64,000 bases of DNA from Alphaproteobacteria bacterium (GCA_965225945.1 CBDDBZ010000031.1:128001-192000), one strand, 5' to 3'; counted from the stretch's first letter, positions 21,413 through 31,489 are shown. Numbers and translations: made by a program. The notes: generated by a model from the letters alone, not told the origin.

Positions 21413-21637
21413 TTGTCCTCGACCAGACTATCGTCCGACGATGACCAAGGCGGCGGGCTCGGGTGTCTGATCGTCGGCGTGGCGGCACCGGTGCTGCCCG
21501 TGATTCTGTTTCTGCTGATCGCCTGGCCGCACGACAAGCTGGGGGTCACCTATCTCTCGACCTCGAATCCGCCTCGGCGGGCGCTACACCGCCGCTCATG
21601 GCGGGATTGTCGTAGCGTGGGTGAGTGGCTAACCTAG
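21413..21637 (+). CDS. Possible small membrane protein
   Basis: GGAGGG RBS, TTG start, hydrophobic LIVGVAAPVLPVILFLLIAW. Confidence 0.35.
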   Translation: MSSTRLSSDDDQGGGLGCLIVGVAAPVLPVILFLLIAWPHDKLGVTYLSTSNPPRRALHRRSWRDCRSVGEWLT

Positions 21638-21739
21638 TGAACGGTCGCAGTCGGTGTCGAGCGACAGATGGTGAAGACAGTGGTGTCCGAAAAAGGCAAG
21701 AGGCAACACGCCCAACCGCTTTTCATTGAAGAGCTCTCA

Positions 21740-21792
21740 GAATCGGCCAAGGTGAGAATCGAATCGGCCAAGGTGAGAATCGGCCAAGGTGA
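21740..21792. repeat. Tandem repeat GAATCGGCCAAGGTGA x3
   Basis: Three copies with 37 extra bp, causing a frameshift. Confidence 0.9.
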
Positions 21793-21874
21793 GTGCGCTC
21801 ACGCCGCTGGACCTGTCACGTACCAGCCCAGACATGATACAACATGACGAGGCGTGGCTGCAAAAGCTCATATA

Positions 21875-23060
21875 TACCCCGACTCCCGTTAAGACCCGAA
21901 AAAGTTCTGGCAATCCGGCTGCGGATCGATTCTTCGTCGACGGTCAGTTCGCGGTAGGATTGATGGCATCGAGGAACGCGCGGCCATGGAGGCGGTGATG
22001 GGAAATCCGGCGAGGTCGAAGATGCGTGGCGCGCCGCGCGAACGCGGTAGTCTGCTCATTGGATGACGTGAGCTGCGTCGAAATGGCTTGGCGCTCTACC
22101 TCGACGTGGTACGGTTCGGACGTGGCTGAAGCGCTACCGTGCGGGCACGCCTGGATGAACATGACGCTGTTCGACTGGCATGAGCTGCTCGGGCCATCTG
22201 AGCCTTGGCCAAGAGGCGGAGCTGGTCGGCGATCTGTATCGCCAACTTGGCTTAACTCGCGAAAGCCGCTGCGAGGCGGCGGCCCGGCTATCACCGAGGC
22301 GACGCACGGAGTGCTACAACTCATTCGGGCTGGCCTCGGTGCATGCATCGGCGGGCTTCGAATACAAGCGCCCGGAAAAGCCTGCTCGGCTTCAGGCCGA
22401 TTGCCCGAGCCGACCGGCCACTTCTCGACCGCCTATGACCAACAGTTGCTCTTGTTCGGCTTGGCCGCCCGACGCCCCCGGTCTCTTCGGCGATGCGGTG
22501 CACGCCGGAATAGCTCCAGTCCTCGACCCAGTCCATGGCTGGGTCAAGAAGGGCGACAAAGTGGCGTTACGCCGGACCTCGTGGGCGCCAGCGCATCAAT
22601 CTCCACGGCGCGCTCAACTCTGGACAAACTTCCACTGCCCCTTGAGACCAGGCCGAGAGGATCAACGCCGCCATCGACGATCGCGCTGTTCGAGATGCTG
22701 GAGGCCACCAATCCCGGCAACGGTCGCGGATCTATGTCTTCGCCGACAATGCCCGCTATCACCGACGCCCGCCTGGTCCGACAATGGCTCGAGAGACCCG
22801 CGGCCGCCGCATCAAGCTCATCTTCCAACCGTCCTACGCTCCCCACCTCAACGCCAGACGAGCGATTATGCGGCGTCATGCATCGCGAGTGACCCACAAC
22901 AGCTTCTACGCCAGCTTCGCCCTCTTCACCGAAGCCATCGACGATTTCTTCCGCTCGACGACTGCCACAAGAGCTGGACGACGATGGCGCTACACCATCA
23001 CCGACAATTCCGAATCATCTCGCACATCCTGCTTTAACGGGATCTGGGGTGAGGCGAGTA
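21875..23060 (+). mobile_element. Degenerate IS630-family element in a TA site
   Basis: Ends TA|TACCCCGACTCCCGTTAAG and TTTAACGGGATCTGGGGT(gaggcgag)TA|TA. Fragments VARRANA, GFEYKRP, FGDAVH, YVFADNARYH, PSYAPHLN across many frameshifts. Confidence 0.85.
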
Positions 23061-24123
23061 TATCGCTTTCCTCAAGTCCTGCCGGTCCATGAGATCGAGC
23101 CTGGTTTCGACAGTCTAGTTTCAGCTTGCATCGAACTGCCGACGCCCGCAGGCTACATCGATAATCTGTTTGTCACCAAAAGGGGCGATTTGGTGATCGC
23201 CGAATGTAAGCTATGGCGTAATCCAGAGGCACGTCGCGAGGTGGTGGCTCAGATCGTTGATTATGCGCACAGTCTATCTTCATGGACCTACAGTGATTTG
23301 GATAGTGCAATAGCTAAGGTGCTTACAGTCGACGATGCGCCTCGCGCTACAACGCTCTACGGTCTTGTTGAGGATGACAGCGAGCTAAGCGAACCAGACT
23401 TCGCTGATGCCGTATCTCGAAATCTGCGGCTTGGCCGAGTGCTGTTGCTGATTGTTGGTGATGGAGTACGTGAAGGGGTCGAAAGTCTAGCTGGCTATCT
23501 CCAGAAGCATGCGGGATTCCACTTCACGCTCGGCATTATCGAGATACCAGTCTACCTACTTCCGCAAGGTGGATACGTGATACAGCCGCGAGTCCTCGCG
23601 CGCACCATTAACATTGAAAGAGGAATAGTTACGATTGTCGACGGTCAACCAGTGGTTAAACCATCGGACCAAGGCTCTAATGACCGCGGATCTGGACGAC
23701 GCACATCTATTTCTCAGGAACGCATCTTGGAGGTGCTTACTGAAATTGATCCGAAACTACCTGAAATGTTGCAATCATTTCTCGACCGCGCGGCTGATCT
23801 TGGAATTTACCTCACCACTGCAACAAGGACACTAGTATTTCGGTGGCGTGGTCCAGACGATCGGGAGTTTGCCATTGGCGGAATAGATGACAATGGTGAC
23901 TTAATTACGTATAATGTTGGATGGCAAGCTAACAATATTGGTCATGTTGGCCTTGCACATCAATATCTCAATCGGTTGGCGCCTCTTGTCAACGGAACTA
24001 TTCGCAAGACACCTAAGCCAGAAAACTGGTATGTAACGATCAAAGATACCACGTATCCACCGGCGAGGGACATGCTGGCATGACAAGATGAGCTTGTGTA
24101 GCGTGAGGTCTGGAAATTTGGCT

Positions 24124-24159
24124 TCGCCCCGCGCCGGGGTATACCCCGGCGCGGGGCGA
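24124..24159. repeat. Perfect 36-bp palindrome in the IS256 left end
   Basis: TCGCCCCGCGCCGGGGTA|TACCCCGGCGCGGGGCGA. Confidence 0.95.
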
Positions 24160-24178
24160 TCCGTCATTTTGGTTATCC

Positions 24179-25390
24179 ATGAAAGCGTCCAAACAAACAT
24201 GGAGAACCAGTATGCGGAAAGACCAGGATAGCGCTGTCGAGGCTTTGGTGGAACAATTGATCGAAGGCGGTAGCGAGAACATGGCGCCGGTCTTCGCCGG
24301 CCTTTTCAATCTCGCCATGCGGATCGAGCGGGAGAGGTTCTTGGGCGCCGGCCACTATGAGCGCACGCCCGAGCGGCGGGGATACGCCAACGGCACCAGA
24401 CCCAAGAAGATCGACACCCCGGCCGGTACGGTGAGGCTCGAGGTTCCCAAGACCGCCGGTCATGAGGCGCCTTTTTACCCCCAAGCCCTGGAGCGCGGAC
24501 GGCGCTCCTGCCGCGCTGTCATGCTGGCCGTGGCGGAGATGTATATCAAAGGCGTCTCCACCCGTGACGCCGAGGCGGTGATGCGCGAGTTCGGCCTGGA
24601 GAGCCTGTCGTCGAGCCAGGTCAGCCGCGCCGCCAAGCTCTTGGATGGGGAGCTGGATGCCTGGCGCAACCGGCCGCTGGGCGAGATCCGCTACCTGCTC
24701 CTCGACGCGCGCTATGAGAAAGTCCGAGAGGGTGGCGTGGTGCGCGACGCCGCCGTGCTCTCGGTGATCGGCATCGGCCCCGACCAGCGCCGCCGGGTGC
24801 TCGGTGTTTCCTGTGCGCTCTCCGAGGCCGAAGTGCACTGGCGCGCCTTCCTGGAGACCCTGGTTGCCCGTGGCATGCGCGGTGTCGCCTATATCGTTTC
24901 CGATGATCATCCAGGCCTCGGCGCCGCGCGCAAGGCCGTCCTCGGCGGCGCCGTCTGGCAGCGCTGTCAGTACCATCTGGCTCAAAACGCCATCCATCAC
25001 GCCCCCAACCTCGCCATCCGAAAGGCCATCGGCAAGGAGCTGCGCCGGGTCTGGAACGCCGCCGACGGCAAGGCCGCCGAGGCCGAGCTGGGCCATCTGG
25101 TGGCGGCCTACCGCGACAGCGCCCCCAAGCTCGCCGATTGGCTGGAGACGGCGATCCCCGAGGGCCTCGCCGTCTTCGCCCTGCCCGAGCGCCACCAAAA
25201 GCGCATGCGAACCTCGAACCCCATGGAGCGATCCATCCAGCAGGAGATCAAGCGCCGCACCGTAAAGGTCAGGGTCTTTCCCAACGAGGCCTCGCTCGAA
25301 CGTCTGGTCACCGCCATCCTCGTCGAAATCGACGAGAAATGGGAAACCACCGAAAAACCCTACATCACTTGGAAAGCAGAGGATGACTGA
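24179..25390 (+). CDS. IS256-family transposase
   Basis: GVSTR, LLLDARYEKVR, VSDDHPGL, WQRCQYH, RTSNPMER. Confidence 0.95.
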   Translation: MKASKQTWRTSMRKDQDSAVEALVEQLIEGGSENMAPVFAGLFNLAMRIERERFLGAGHYERTPERRGYANGTRPKKIDTPAGTVRLEVPKTAGHEAPFYPQALERGRRSCRAVMLAVAEMYIKGVSTRDAEAVMREFGLESLSSSQVSRAAKLLDGELDAWRNRPLGEIRYLLLDARYEKVREGGVVRDAAVLSVIGIGPDQRRRVLGVSCALSEAEVHWRAFLETLVARGMRGVAYIVSDDHPGLGAARKAVLGGAVWQRCQYHLAQNAIHHAPNLAIRKAIGKELRRVWNAADGKAAEAELGHLVAAYRDSAPKLADWLETAIPEGLAVFALPERHQKRMRTSNPMERSIQQEIKRRTVKVRVFPNEASLERLVTAILVEIDEKWETTEKPYITWKAEDD

Positions 25391-25529
25391 TCAACGGCGT
25401 TCCGAATTTCCACACATCAGGTTGCTCAATCACAAGATGATTGGCTTGCCGCGATCGATGAATATACTCGGAAGCTTCAAGAGGCTATTGCCGAGTCCTA
25501 GACAAATTGTCCATTTTAACACTTCCACG

Positions 25530-25802
25530 TTACGTTCCGATTTCGGATCGGATCCTGTTGACGAAGGAATAGTGCAGGCCCGCCTCGTCGGCGATCCAGC
25601 GCATGGTGTCGCCTTGGTCGCGATAGGCCCGCGCCAACCCTTCCGCGCGATCGCGCTCGCGCGGGGGCGTCGAGAGTTTCGGGCGCGATCCGGCGCCGGT
25701 CGGCGGAGCTTCCGAAACCACCGTCCGCGCCGCCTCGCGGAGGCCGCCGCGGAACGCCTCGCCACCCACGACAGGCCAATGCAATATGCAAGACCTGACC
25801 CC
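25530..25802 (-). pseudogene. Probable REP-associated tyrosine transposase (RAYT-like) C-terminal HTH remnant
   Basis: ARAYRDQGDTMRWIADEAGLHYSFVNRI resembles the HTH tail of RAYT-type proteins. Adjacent CAAGACCTGACCCC motif. Confidence 0.5.
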
Positions 25803-25823
25803 TCAACTTCTTAGTTTGCCGAT

Positions 25824-25853
25824 CGATAAAGTTCAATGACCCCTTTTCCCGCT
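25824..25853. repeat. Single REP-like arm related to 40979-41009
   Basis: cgataaagttcaatgaccccttttcccgct vs cgataaagtagaatgaccccttttccccgct. Confidence 0.75.
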
Positions 25854-25878
25854 GGTTTCATAACCGACATCCAAGAGC

Positions 25879-26394
25879 TTATTCAAGCAATCTAATAGAT
25901 TTTATAATATTTCTGAAAAGTTGTTTCTGATTTTCATCAATAGGTGAAAATTGTATATCAATAATACCGCCATTCGGATGGTCAATCCAAGTGATCGCTC
26001 GAAGCTGTCCTTCTTTTAAGAAGCGGCTTGAATATCCGATATATGTGTATAAATTTTCGGATAACTCAATAGTCTCACAATCCAAATTTAATATTTTGAC
26101 CTTAGTTTAATCTTTACATGTCATGGTTAATGACGAGGCTTGTTCGGGGGAAATAAACCTAACAGTCAACCATGCATCACTACCTAATGATGATCGAAAT
26201 GTATATGTCATATTCTCCTGAGGGGGAGTTGCATGGGGAATAAGAAGACTCTTTGGATAATAGAAACTCACATGATAAACTTCGCTTTCAAAAATAACTA
26301 AATCTTGCTTATCCAGCGTTTGTCCCAAACACAAATTTACGGAACAAAGAGAAAAAACAGCAATCAGAAATGATATTACATTATAATTTTTCAT
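25879..26394 (-). pseudogene. AT-rich exported hypothetical protein with in-frame TAA
   Basis: Signal-peptide-like MKNYNVISFLIAVFSLCSVNLCLG. The two ORFs are in frame across the stop at 26107-26109. Far lower GC than the host. Confidence 0.6.
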
Positions 26395-26416
26395 TTTAAT
26401 CACGAACATTCTTAAT

Positions 26417-27441
26417 GGCTCAATTCGTGAATTGTATGCATTAGTGATAGAGTGCCTGGAACGTCAGGAGGTTGGGTTATGGACGGCAAGGGTTTCCAGG
26501 TGTGGCTTTCGGCGGCGCGCGGGCTGACGCGCGCGCAGCGGCGCGAGGCGCTCGCGGTGCTGTCGGGCCGGAGCGAGGGCGAGGCATCGAAGGCCGCGAT
26601 CGAGCTTGGTGTGGACGAGGCCCGGCGCTGTCCGCACTGCGCGAGCGAAGGGGCGGTTTCGCGCGGTATGGCGCGGGGTCTGCGGCGCTACCAGTGCAAG
26701 GGCTGCGGCAGGACCTTCAACGCGCTGAGCGGTACGCCGCTGTCGGGCTTGCACCACAAGGAACGCTGGCTGTCGTTCGGGGCGTCGCTGGCGAAGGGGG
26801 AGACGGTGAAGGCGTCGGCGGCGCGCTGCGACGTGGCGGTGAGCACGGCGTTCCGCTGGCGTCACCGGTTTCTGGCGGCGGCGCGGAGCGATTCGGAGGT
26901 GCTCAAGGGGATCGTGGAAGCGGACGAGACCTACGTCCTGGAGAGCCGGAAGGGCGCGCGCGGGCTGGGGCGCAAGGCACGGCGGCGGGGCGGCAAGGCG
27001 AAGAAGCGCGGCCTCTCGCGCGAGCAGGTACCGGTTCTCATGGCGGCGGACCGGAGCGGAACGACGGTCAGCGCGGTGCTGCCCAGGGTCGATGCGGCGG
27101 CGCTCACGGCTGCCCTCGACCCGGTGGTCGCGAAGGACGCCCTGCTGGTCTCCGACGGCGGCGCGAGCTACCCACCGTGCGCCGCCGCGCTCGGGGTGAG
27201 CCACGAAGCACTCAACCGCTCGATGGGGGAACGGGTTCGGGGCGATCTGCATGTGCAGACGGTGAACAGCCGCCACAGCCGGTTGAAGGACTTCCTGCGT
27301 CCCCGCCGCGGCATCGCCACCCGCTATCTGGACAACTACCTGAGCTGGTTCCACCTCGTCGGCCTCGCCCCCGGCGCCAATGACCGAGCCTGCCTCGCCG
27401 CCGCCGTAACAAGGTGACGCATACAATTCACGAATTGAGCC
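26417..27441 (+). mobile_element. IS1595-family element (intact), 23-bp perfect IRs, 8-bp TSD TTCTTAAT
   Basis: ggctcaattcgtgaattgtatgc / gcatacaattcacgaattgagcc. TSD at 26409-26416 and 27442-27449. Confidence 0.95.
26479..27417 (+). CDS. IS1595-family transposase
   Basis: CPHC..CKGC Zn ribbon, VEADETY, SDG, HVQTVN, GIATRYLDNYLSWF. Confidence 0.95.
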   Translation: MDGKGFQVWLSAARGLTRAQRREALAVLSGRSEGEASKAAIELGVDEARRCPHCASEGAVSRGMARGLRRYQCKGCGRTFNALSGTPLSGLHHKERWLSFGASLAKGETVKASAARCDVAVSTAFRWRHRFLAAARSDSEVLKGIVEADETYVLESRKGARGLGRKARRRGGKAKKRGLSREQVPVLMAADRSGTTVSAVLPRVDAAALTAALDPVVAKDALLVSDGGASYPPCAAALGVSHEALNRSMGERVRGDLHVQTVNSRHSRLKDFLRPRRGIATRYLDNYLSWFHLVGLAPGANDRACLAAAVTR

Positions 27442-27498
27442 TTCTTAATTGTCCCTTCTTGAGGTTCTAACCGGGATACCCCAGATGGCTCCTCCCAA

Positions 27499-28949
27499 GG
27501 GGATGTCCCGGGCTCTGTTGAAAAGCTGAAGTAGGCGTCGTCCGCCTGGAGCCGCTAGGCTCTGGGTGCTGATTCCATCAAGGAGAACGACGCCATGACC
27601 AAGACTACACGCAACGACCGTTCCTCGGAACCATCCTGTCGGCTCTTGCCATCGATGCCGGAGGCCTTCGACGATCTGCGCATGAGCGTCGATCGCTTCT
27701 GCCTTTTGGCGGGCCTCGAGTCTTTGAACGAGATGATGTCGGCGGACGCGGAAGCCTTGTGCGGTTCGCGCCACGCCCGCTCGGGCGAGCGCAAGGGCCA
27801 TCGATGGGGCACGACCCGGAGCGAGATCGCCTACCACGGCGGCAAAGTGAAGGTCGAGCGCCCTCGGGTGCGGGACTTCGCGGGTCGGGAGATGAGCCTG
27901 CCGAGTTGGGAGCTGCTGTCGGAACCCGAACTCTTGCAAGCCTGGGCGATGAATCTGATGGTGATCAACGTCTCGACCCGCAAGTATGCCCGCGCGGTGC
28001 GCCTGCCGGACGATGCGGGCGGCGATCTGCCGGCGGCATCGGGTGACGCAACCTCGAAGTCGGCGGTCTCGCGCCGTTTCGTGGCGTTGACGCGAAGCAA
28101 GCTGAAGGCCTGGCTGGCGAGCCCGCTCGACGATCTCGATCTCGTGGTGCTCCAGATCGACGGGCTCCATGTCGGCGATCACCTGATGGTGGCGGCGATC
28201 GGCATCGACACCGGCGGCGCGAAGCACGTGCTGGGCCTGGCCGAGGGCGCGACGGAGAACGCGGCCACGGTGCAAGCCATGCTCGACAACCTGATCGAGC
28301 GCGGTCTCGATCCCGAACGGCCTCGGCTCTACATCGTCGACGGCGCCAAGGCGCTCTCGAAGGCGATCCGGCGGACCTTCGGGCGGGCGGCGGCCCTCCA
28401 GCGCTGCCAGGTGCACAAGGGGCGCAACATCACGGACCGGCTGGACGAGAGCCTCCATGCCGGCGTCAGGAAGGTCTTGCGGCAGGCCTGGCAGCAGGAC
28501 GACGCGGCCAAGGCCGAACGGCTCTTGCGCAACCTCGCCCGCCGTCTGGAGCATGACGCACCCGGCGTCTCGGGCTCGATCCTGGAGGGCCTGGACGAGA
28601 TCCTGACCGTGATCCGGCTCGGCCTCCCGCCGCAACTTCGACACTCGCTGGCTTGCACCAACGCCATCGAGAACGCGATCGGCACCGTCCGGACGGTGCA
28701 GCGGAACGTCAAGCGCTGGCGCAACGCCGAGATGGCGCTGCGTTGGACCGCCGCCGGCCTCTTGGAGGCGCAAAAGACCTTCCGCCGCCTCAAGGCCTAC
28801 CGCCAGCTCCCCGTCCTTGACGCCGCCCTGCGGGAGGCGGTGAGAAAGGCCGGAGCAAAGTCCGTCATTGAAGACATCGAGGTGGCCGCGTAGCCTCTCG
28901 ATCAGACGATGCCTATCTCGCACTTTTCAACATTGGGCGGGACATCGCC
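27499..28949 (+). mobile_element. IS256-family element, copy 2 (uninterrupted), 8-bp TSD CCTCCCAA
   Basis: TSD at 27491-27498 and 28950-28957. Inverted relative to copy 1. Confidence 0.95.
27595..28893 (+). CDS. IS256-family transposase
   Basis: Same protein as 8754-10052 apart from one residue. Confidence 0.95.
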   Translation: MTKTTRNDRSSEPSCRLLPSMPEAFDDLRMSVDRFCLLAGLESLNEMMSADAEALCGSRHARSGERKGHRWGTTRSEIAYHGGKVKVERPRVRDFAGREMSLPSWELLSEPELLQAWAMNLMVINVSTRKYARAVRLPDDAGGDLPAASGDATSKSAVSRRFVALTRSKLKAWLASPLDDLDLVVLQIDGLHVGDHLMVAAIGIDTGGAKHVLGLAEGATENAATVQAMLDNLIERGLDPERPRLYIVDGAKALSKAIRRTFGRAAALQRCQVHKGRNITDRLDESLHAGVRKVLRQAWQQDDAAKAERLLRNLARRLEHDAPGVSGSILEGLDEILTVIRLGLPPQLRHSLACTNAIENAIGTVRTVQRNVKRWRNAEMALRWTAAGLLEAQKTFRRLKAYRQLPVLDAALREAVRKAGAKSVIEDIEVAA

Positions 28950-29018
28950 CCTCCCAATCGCCGACAATGGTAGCACAATCGGCATCCGAACGCGATTCCA
29001 ACCCCGAGCTGTCCGATA

Positions 29019-29127
29019 GCATTACGGTGACAGTGCACTTAATCTCAGGTCGTGGAACCGAGGTCAATTAAGTGCACTGTCACCGTAATGCCCACCGTAA
29101 TGCCAAGTGCACTGTCACCGTAATGCC
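29019..29127. repeat. REP/REPIN-like cluster (AAGTGCACTGTCACCGTAAT)
   Basis: 25-bp perfect IR at 29019-29043 / 29067-29091, a partial copy at 29093-29104 and a third copy at 29105-29127. Confidence 0.9.
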
Positions 29128-29426
29128 AGCCACGCCGCGTCGTCCGCGTCGCCCATGTGCTTCAGGCCCGAGTACTGGTGAATCGCCGCCGGGTTGGCCA
29201 AGTGAACCTCGAGGCCGGCGTCCATCAGACCGTCGACCAGCCAGTACCAGTTGTAGGTCGACTCCACCACTACCCCCGAAAGCGCCTCCTGGTACGGCGC
29301 CAGGGCAGCGACGATCAGCCCGAGCTCGTTACGCAGCCGCTTCTTGAAGACAATCTTGTCGGCCTCGTCGATCACCACCACGACGCTGTTGGTGGAGTGC
29401 AAATCAATCCCGCAGTAGTATCTCAT
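29128..29426 (-). pseudogene. IS110-family transposase, N-terminal fragment
   Basis: MRYYCGIDLHS...VVVESTYNWYW...KHMGDADDA (DEDD RuvC-like). Cut off at the REP cluster. Confidence 0.88.
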
Positions 29427-29590
29427 CTCGGTCTCCTCTTCCGGTTCTGGTTGAGCTCTCGCAAACTTCACCAGTGTACCGGTCGAGGAGACCGGCCTAG
29501 ATGATTATCAAGTCTTTCATTTTGTGAGTCGGACCCGATTTCCTTGGACACAGAATTGGCTTAATCGAAGTGTCCAAGGAGGACCGGAAC

Positions 29591-30001
29591 ATGACCGACA
29601 ATTTTGAGAACAAAGTTGCTGTTGATGGGCCTGTGGTAAACGAGGGCGAGCTTGGCTCGTCCACGTTTTCCCCGGGCCAGGTTTCGCCGGCAGGCCCGCT
29701 GGGACTTGGCCAGCGGTGGACGGTGACGCGCAAGCGTGAGGTTGCCCTGCGGCTTTTGCGTGGCGAGCCGGTGGAACTTTTGTCGCGGCAGTTGGGCGTG
29801 GAGATTTTCCGGCTCGAGCAGTGGCGTGAGAAGGCGATCGCCGGGATCGATGCCTCGCTCAAGGAACGCAAGGGCGATCCGGTAAAGGCGGAACTGGACA
29901 TCGCCATGAAGCGGATCGGGGAGTTGATCATGCAGGTGGAACTGCTGGAGGCCAAGACGGAGACGTCCGGCCCTTTGGGGCGGCGGAGGTCGCGGCGATG
30001 A
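29591..30001 (+). CDS. IS OrfA (HTH)
   Basis: RWTVTRKREVALRLLRGE HTH plus coiled coil. AAGGAGG RBS. ATGA overlap with OrfB. Confidence 0.88.
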   Translation: MTDNFENKVAVDGPVVNEGELGSSTFSPGQVSPAGPLGLGQRWTVTRKREVALRLLRGEPVELLSRQLGVEIFRLEQWREKAIAGIDASLKERKGDPVKAELDIAMKRIGELIMQVELLEAKTETSGPLGRRRSRR

Positions 30002-30909
30002 GTGCCGCCACCTCTCCCGGCACGGGTTTGGCCTACGGCCTTCAGCGGGTCTGTGCGGCCTGGGGTTTTGCCCGTTCCTCGTTCTACGCCATGAAATCCC
30101 GGCAGCAGGCCACCGCTGAGCGCCCACCAGCAAAGCGCCGGGGACCGAAGCCCTCGATCTCGGACGAGGCTCTGCTGGTGGCCATCGAGGCCGACCTGGA
30201 GGCATCCCCCTGGGAGGGCGAGGGACACCGCAAGGTCTGGGCTCGGCTTCGGGTCTGTCGTGGCATCCGTGTTTCCCGCAAGCGGGTGCTCCGGGTGATG
30301 CGCGAGAACAACCTGCTCTCGCCCCATCGCTGCCGCCGCCGTGGCGGAAATCCCCATGTCGGTGAGATCATCACCCATGCCCCCAACCTCATGTGGGGCA
30401 CGGACGGCGTTCGGGTGTTCACGGTGGACGACGGCTGGGGCTGGATATTCACCGCCATCGAGCATTGGAACGCCGAGTGCGTCGGCTGGCATGTGTGCAA
30501 GCGAGGCGACCGCTTCGCCGCCCTTCAGCCGATCTCCATGGGGCTTGCGAGGCTGTATGCCTCGACCTCCGCCGGTGCGGCGCGGGGGCTGGCCTTGCGG
30601 ATGGATCACGGCTCCCAGTATCTGTCGGACCACTTCACCAACCAGATCAAGTTCTGGGGCATCCAGCCGTCCTACGCCTTCGTCGAACAGCCCCAGACCA
30701 ACGGCGTCGCCGAGAGGTTCAATCGCACGCTCAAGGAACAGATCATCCATGGCCGCATCTACCGCAACATCGCGGAGCTGCGGAACGCCGTCCGCGGGTT
30801 CGTCGAACAGTACAATGCCCAGTGGATCGTGGAGAAGAACGGCTACCTGAGCCCCGCTCAAGCTCGTCAGGCGTGGCACACCGCGATGTCACTCAGGCCC
30901 GCCGCATGA
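29998..30909 (+). CDS. IS OrfB (rve integrase core)
   Basis: MWGTD, MDHGSQY, NGVAERFNRTLKE. Confidence 0.92.
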   Translation: MSAATSPGTGLAYGLQRVCAAWGFARSSFYAMKSRQQATAERPPAKRRGPKPSISDEALLVAIEADLEASPWEGEGHRKVWARLRVCRGIRVSRKRVLRVMRENNLLSPHRCRRRGGNPHVGEIITHAPNLMWGTDGVRVFTVDDGWGWIFTAIEHWNAECVGWHVCKRGDRFAALQPISMGLARLYASTSAGAARGLALRMDHGSQYLSDHFTNQIKFWGIQPSYAFVEQPQTNGVAERFNRTLKEQIIHGRIYRNIAELRNAVRGFVEQYNAQWIVEKNGYLSPAQARQAWHTAMSLRPAA

Positions 30910-31043
30910 GACAAACTTGTGTCCAAGGAACCGGGTGCGATACAAAGTCTTGCATTTTGCATAGCGGTCAAACGGCACCCATCTCCGCTGACCCATAGTG
31001 CGCGCATCTCGTGCGCGAGAGAATCGATCATTCATTAATAGTA

Positions 31044-31129
31044 CTGTTGGTGATGGCGGTCGAGAAGTGGCCGGTCGGGTCGGGCAAGGGCATCAAGGGG
31101 AGCGGCTTCGCCGCCGGCGCCGCGCGGCT
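31044..31129 (+). repeat. 86-bp internal fragment of an IS1595 transposase (reverse complement of 6307-6392)
   Basis: 85/86 identity, no IS ends. Confidence 0.95.
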
Positions 31130-31280
31130 GCATCCTGCAATACGGTATATTGTATATAAATTAGCAAAATCGGAGAATTTGCAGAACGAAATCCCACCGG
31201 CCGCACGCGGCTCAAGAAAGTTGCTCAATGATTTCAATGCTTTGATCAATGCGTTCATATTCTGAATTCAAGATGTACTG

Positions 31281-31489
31281 CTGGCCGTGGGTTTCTTCGT
31301 TTTTCCCTTGGTCGCCACCGTTCCGTCCCCCGATGTTAAGTACGTGACGTGAATTAAACTCCGGTTCGGTTTTCAGAACAATCAAGAATTAGCCGGATCG
31401 CCTCCTCAATGCGCCTGCGCCGGCCCTTGCCTGCAGTCCAAGGAGACACACTACATATAGTGGGTGTGGGTGATAACCGGATAGGCAAG
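31281..31489. mobile_element. Right-end 209 bp of the cassette (copy of 10623-10831) between 47-bp direct repeats
   Basis: Identical to 10623-10831. Host sequence 31239-31285 is repeated at 31489-31535. Confidence 0.93.

Larger units (their letters stand above)
24092..25431 (+). mobile_element. IS256-family element (second type), 9-bp TSD ACAAGATGA
   Basis: Imperfect 30-bp IRs. TSD at 24083-24091 and 25432-25440. Confidence 0.92.
21668..25501 (+). pseudogene. PD-(D/E)XK nuclease-like (NucS/DUF91-related) pseudogene with four lesions
   Basis: Reconstructs as MVKT...DEAWLQKLIY|RFPQVLP...IDNLFV...IAECKLWRNPEARREVVAQIVDYA...LA*QD|DWLAAIDEY...AES*. Lesions: 37-bp tandem duplication, IS630 remnant, TGA, IS256. 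Confidence 0.8.
29525..30944 (+). mobile_element. Two-ORF IS3-like element, copy 1, 15-bp flanking direct repeat (1 mismatch)
   Basis: Ends TGAGTCGGACCCGATTTCCTTGGACAC / GTGTCCAAGGAACCGGGTGCGATACA. Flanks aagtctttcattttg and aagtcttgcattttg. Confidence 0.92.

Noticed and set aside
21740-21792. Short repeats as a possible CRISPR array
   Set aside because: Adjacent tandem copies without unique spacers and no cas genes. Explained as slippage inside a pseudogene.
22002-22026. Similarity to IS1595 5988-6012 as another templated insert
   Set aside because: Only 15 bp exact, in a heavily decayed element with no definable insertion boundaries. Chance cannot be excluded.
29019-29127. Repeat cluster as a mini-CRISPR
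   Set aside because: Copies are inverted or stuttered, not regularly spaced direct repeats.
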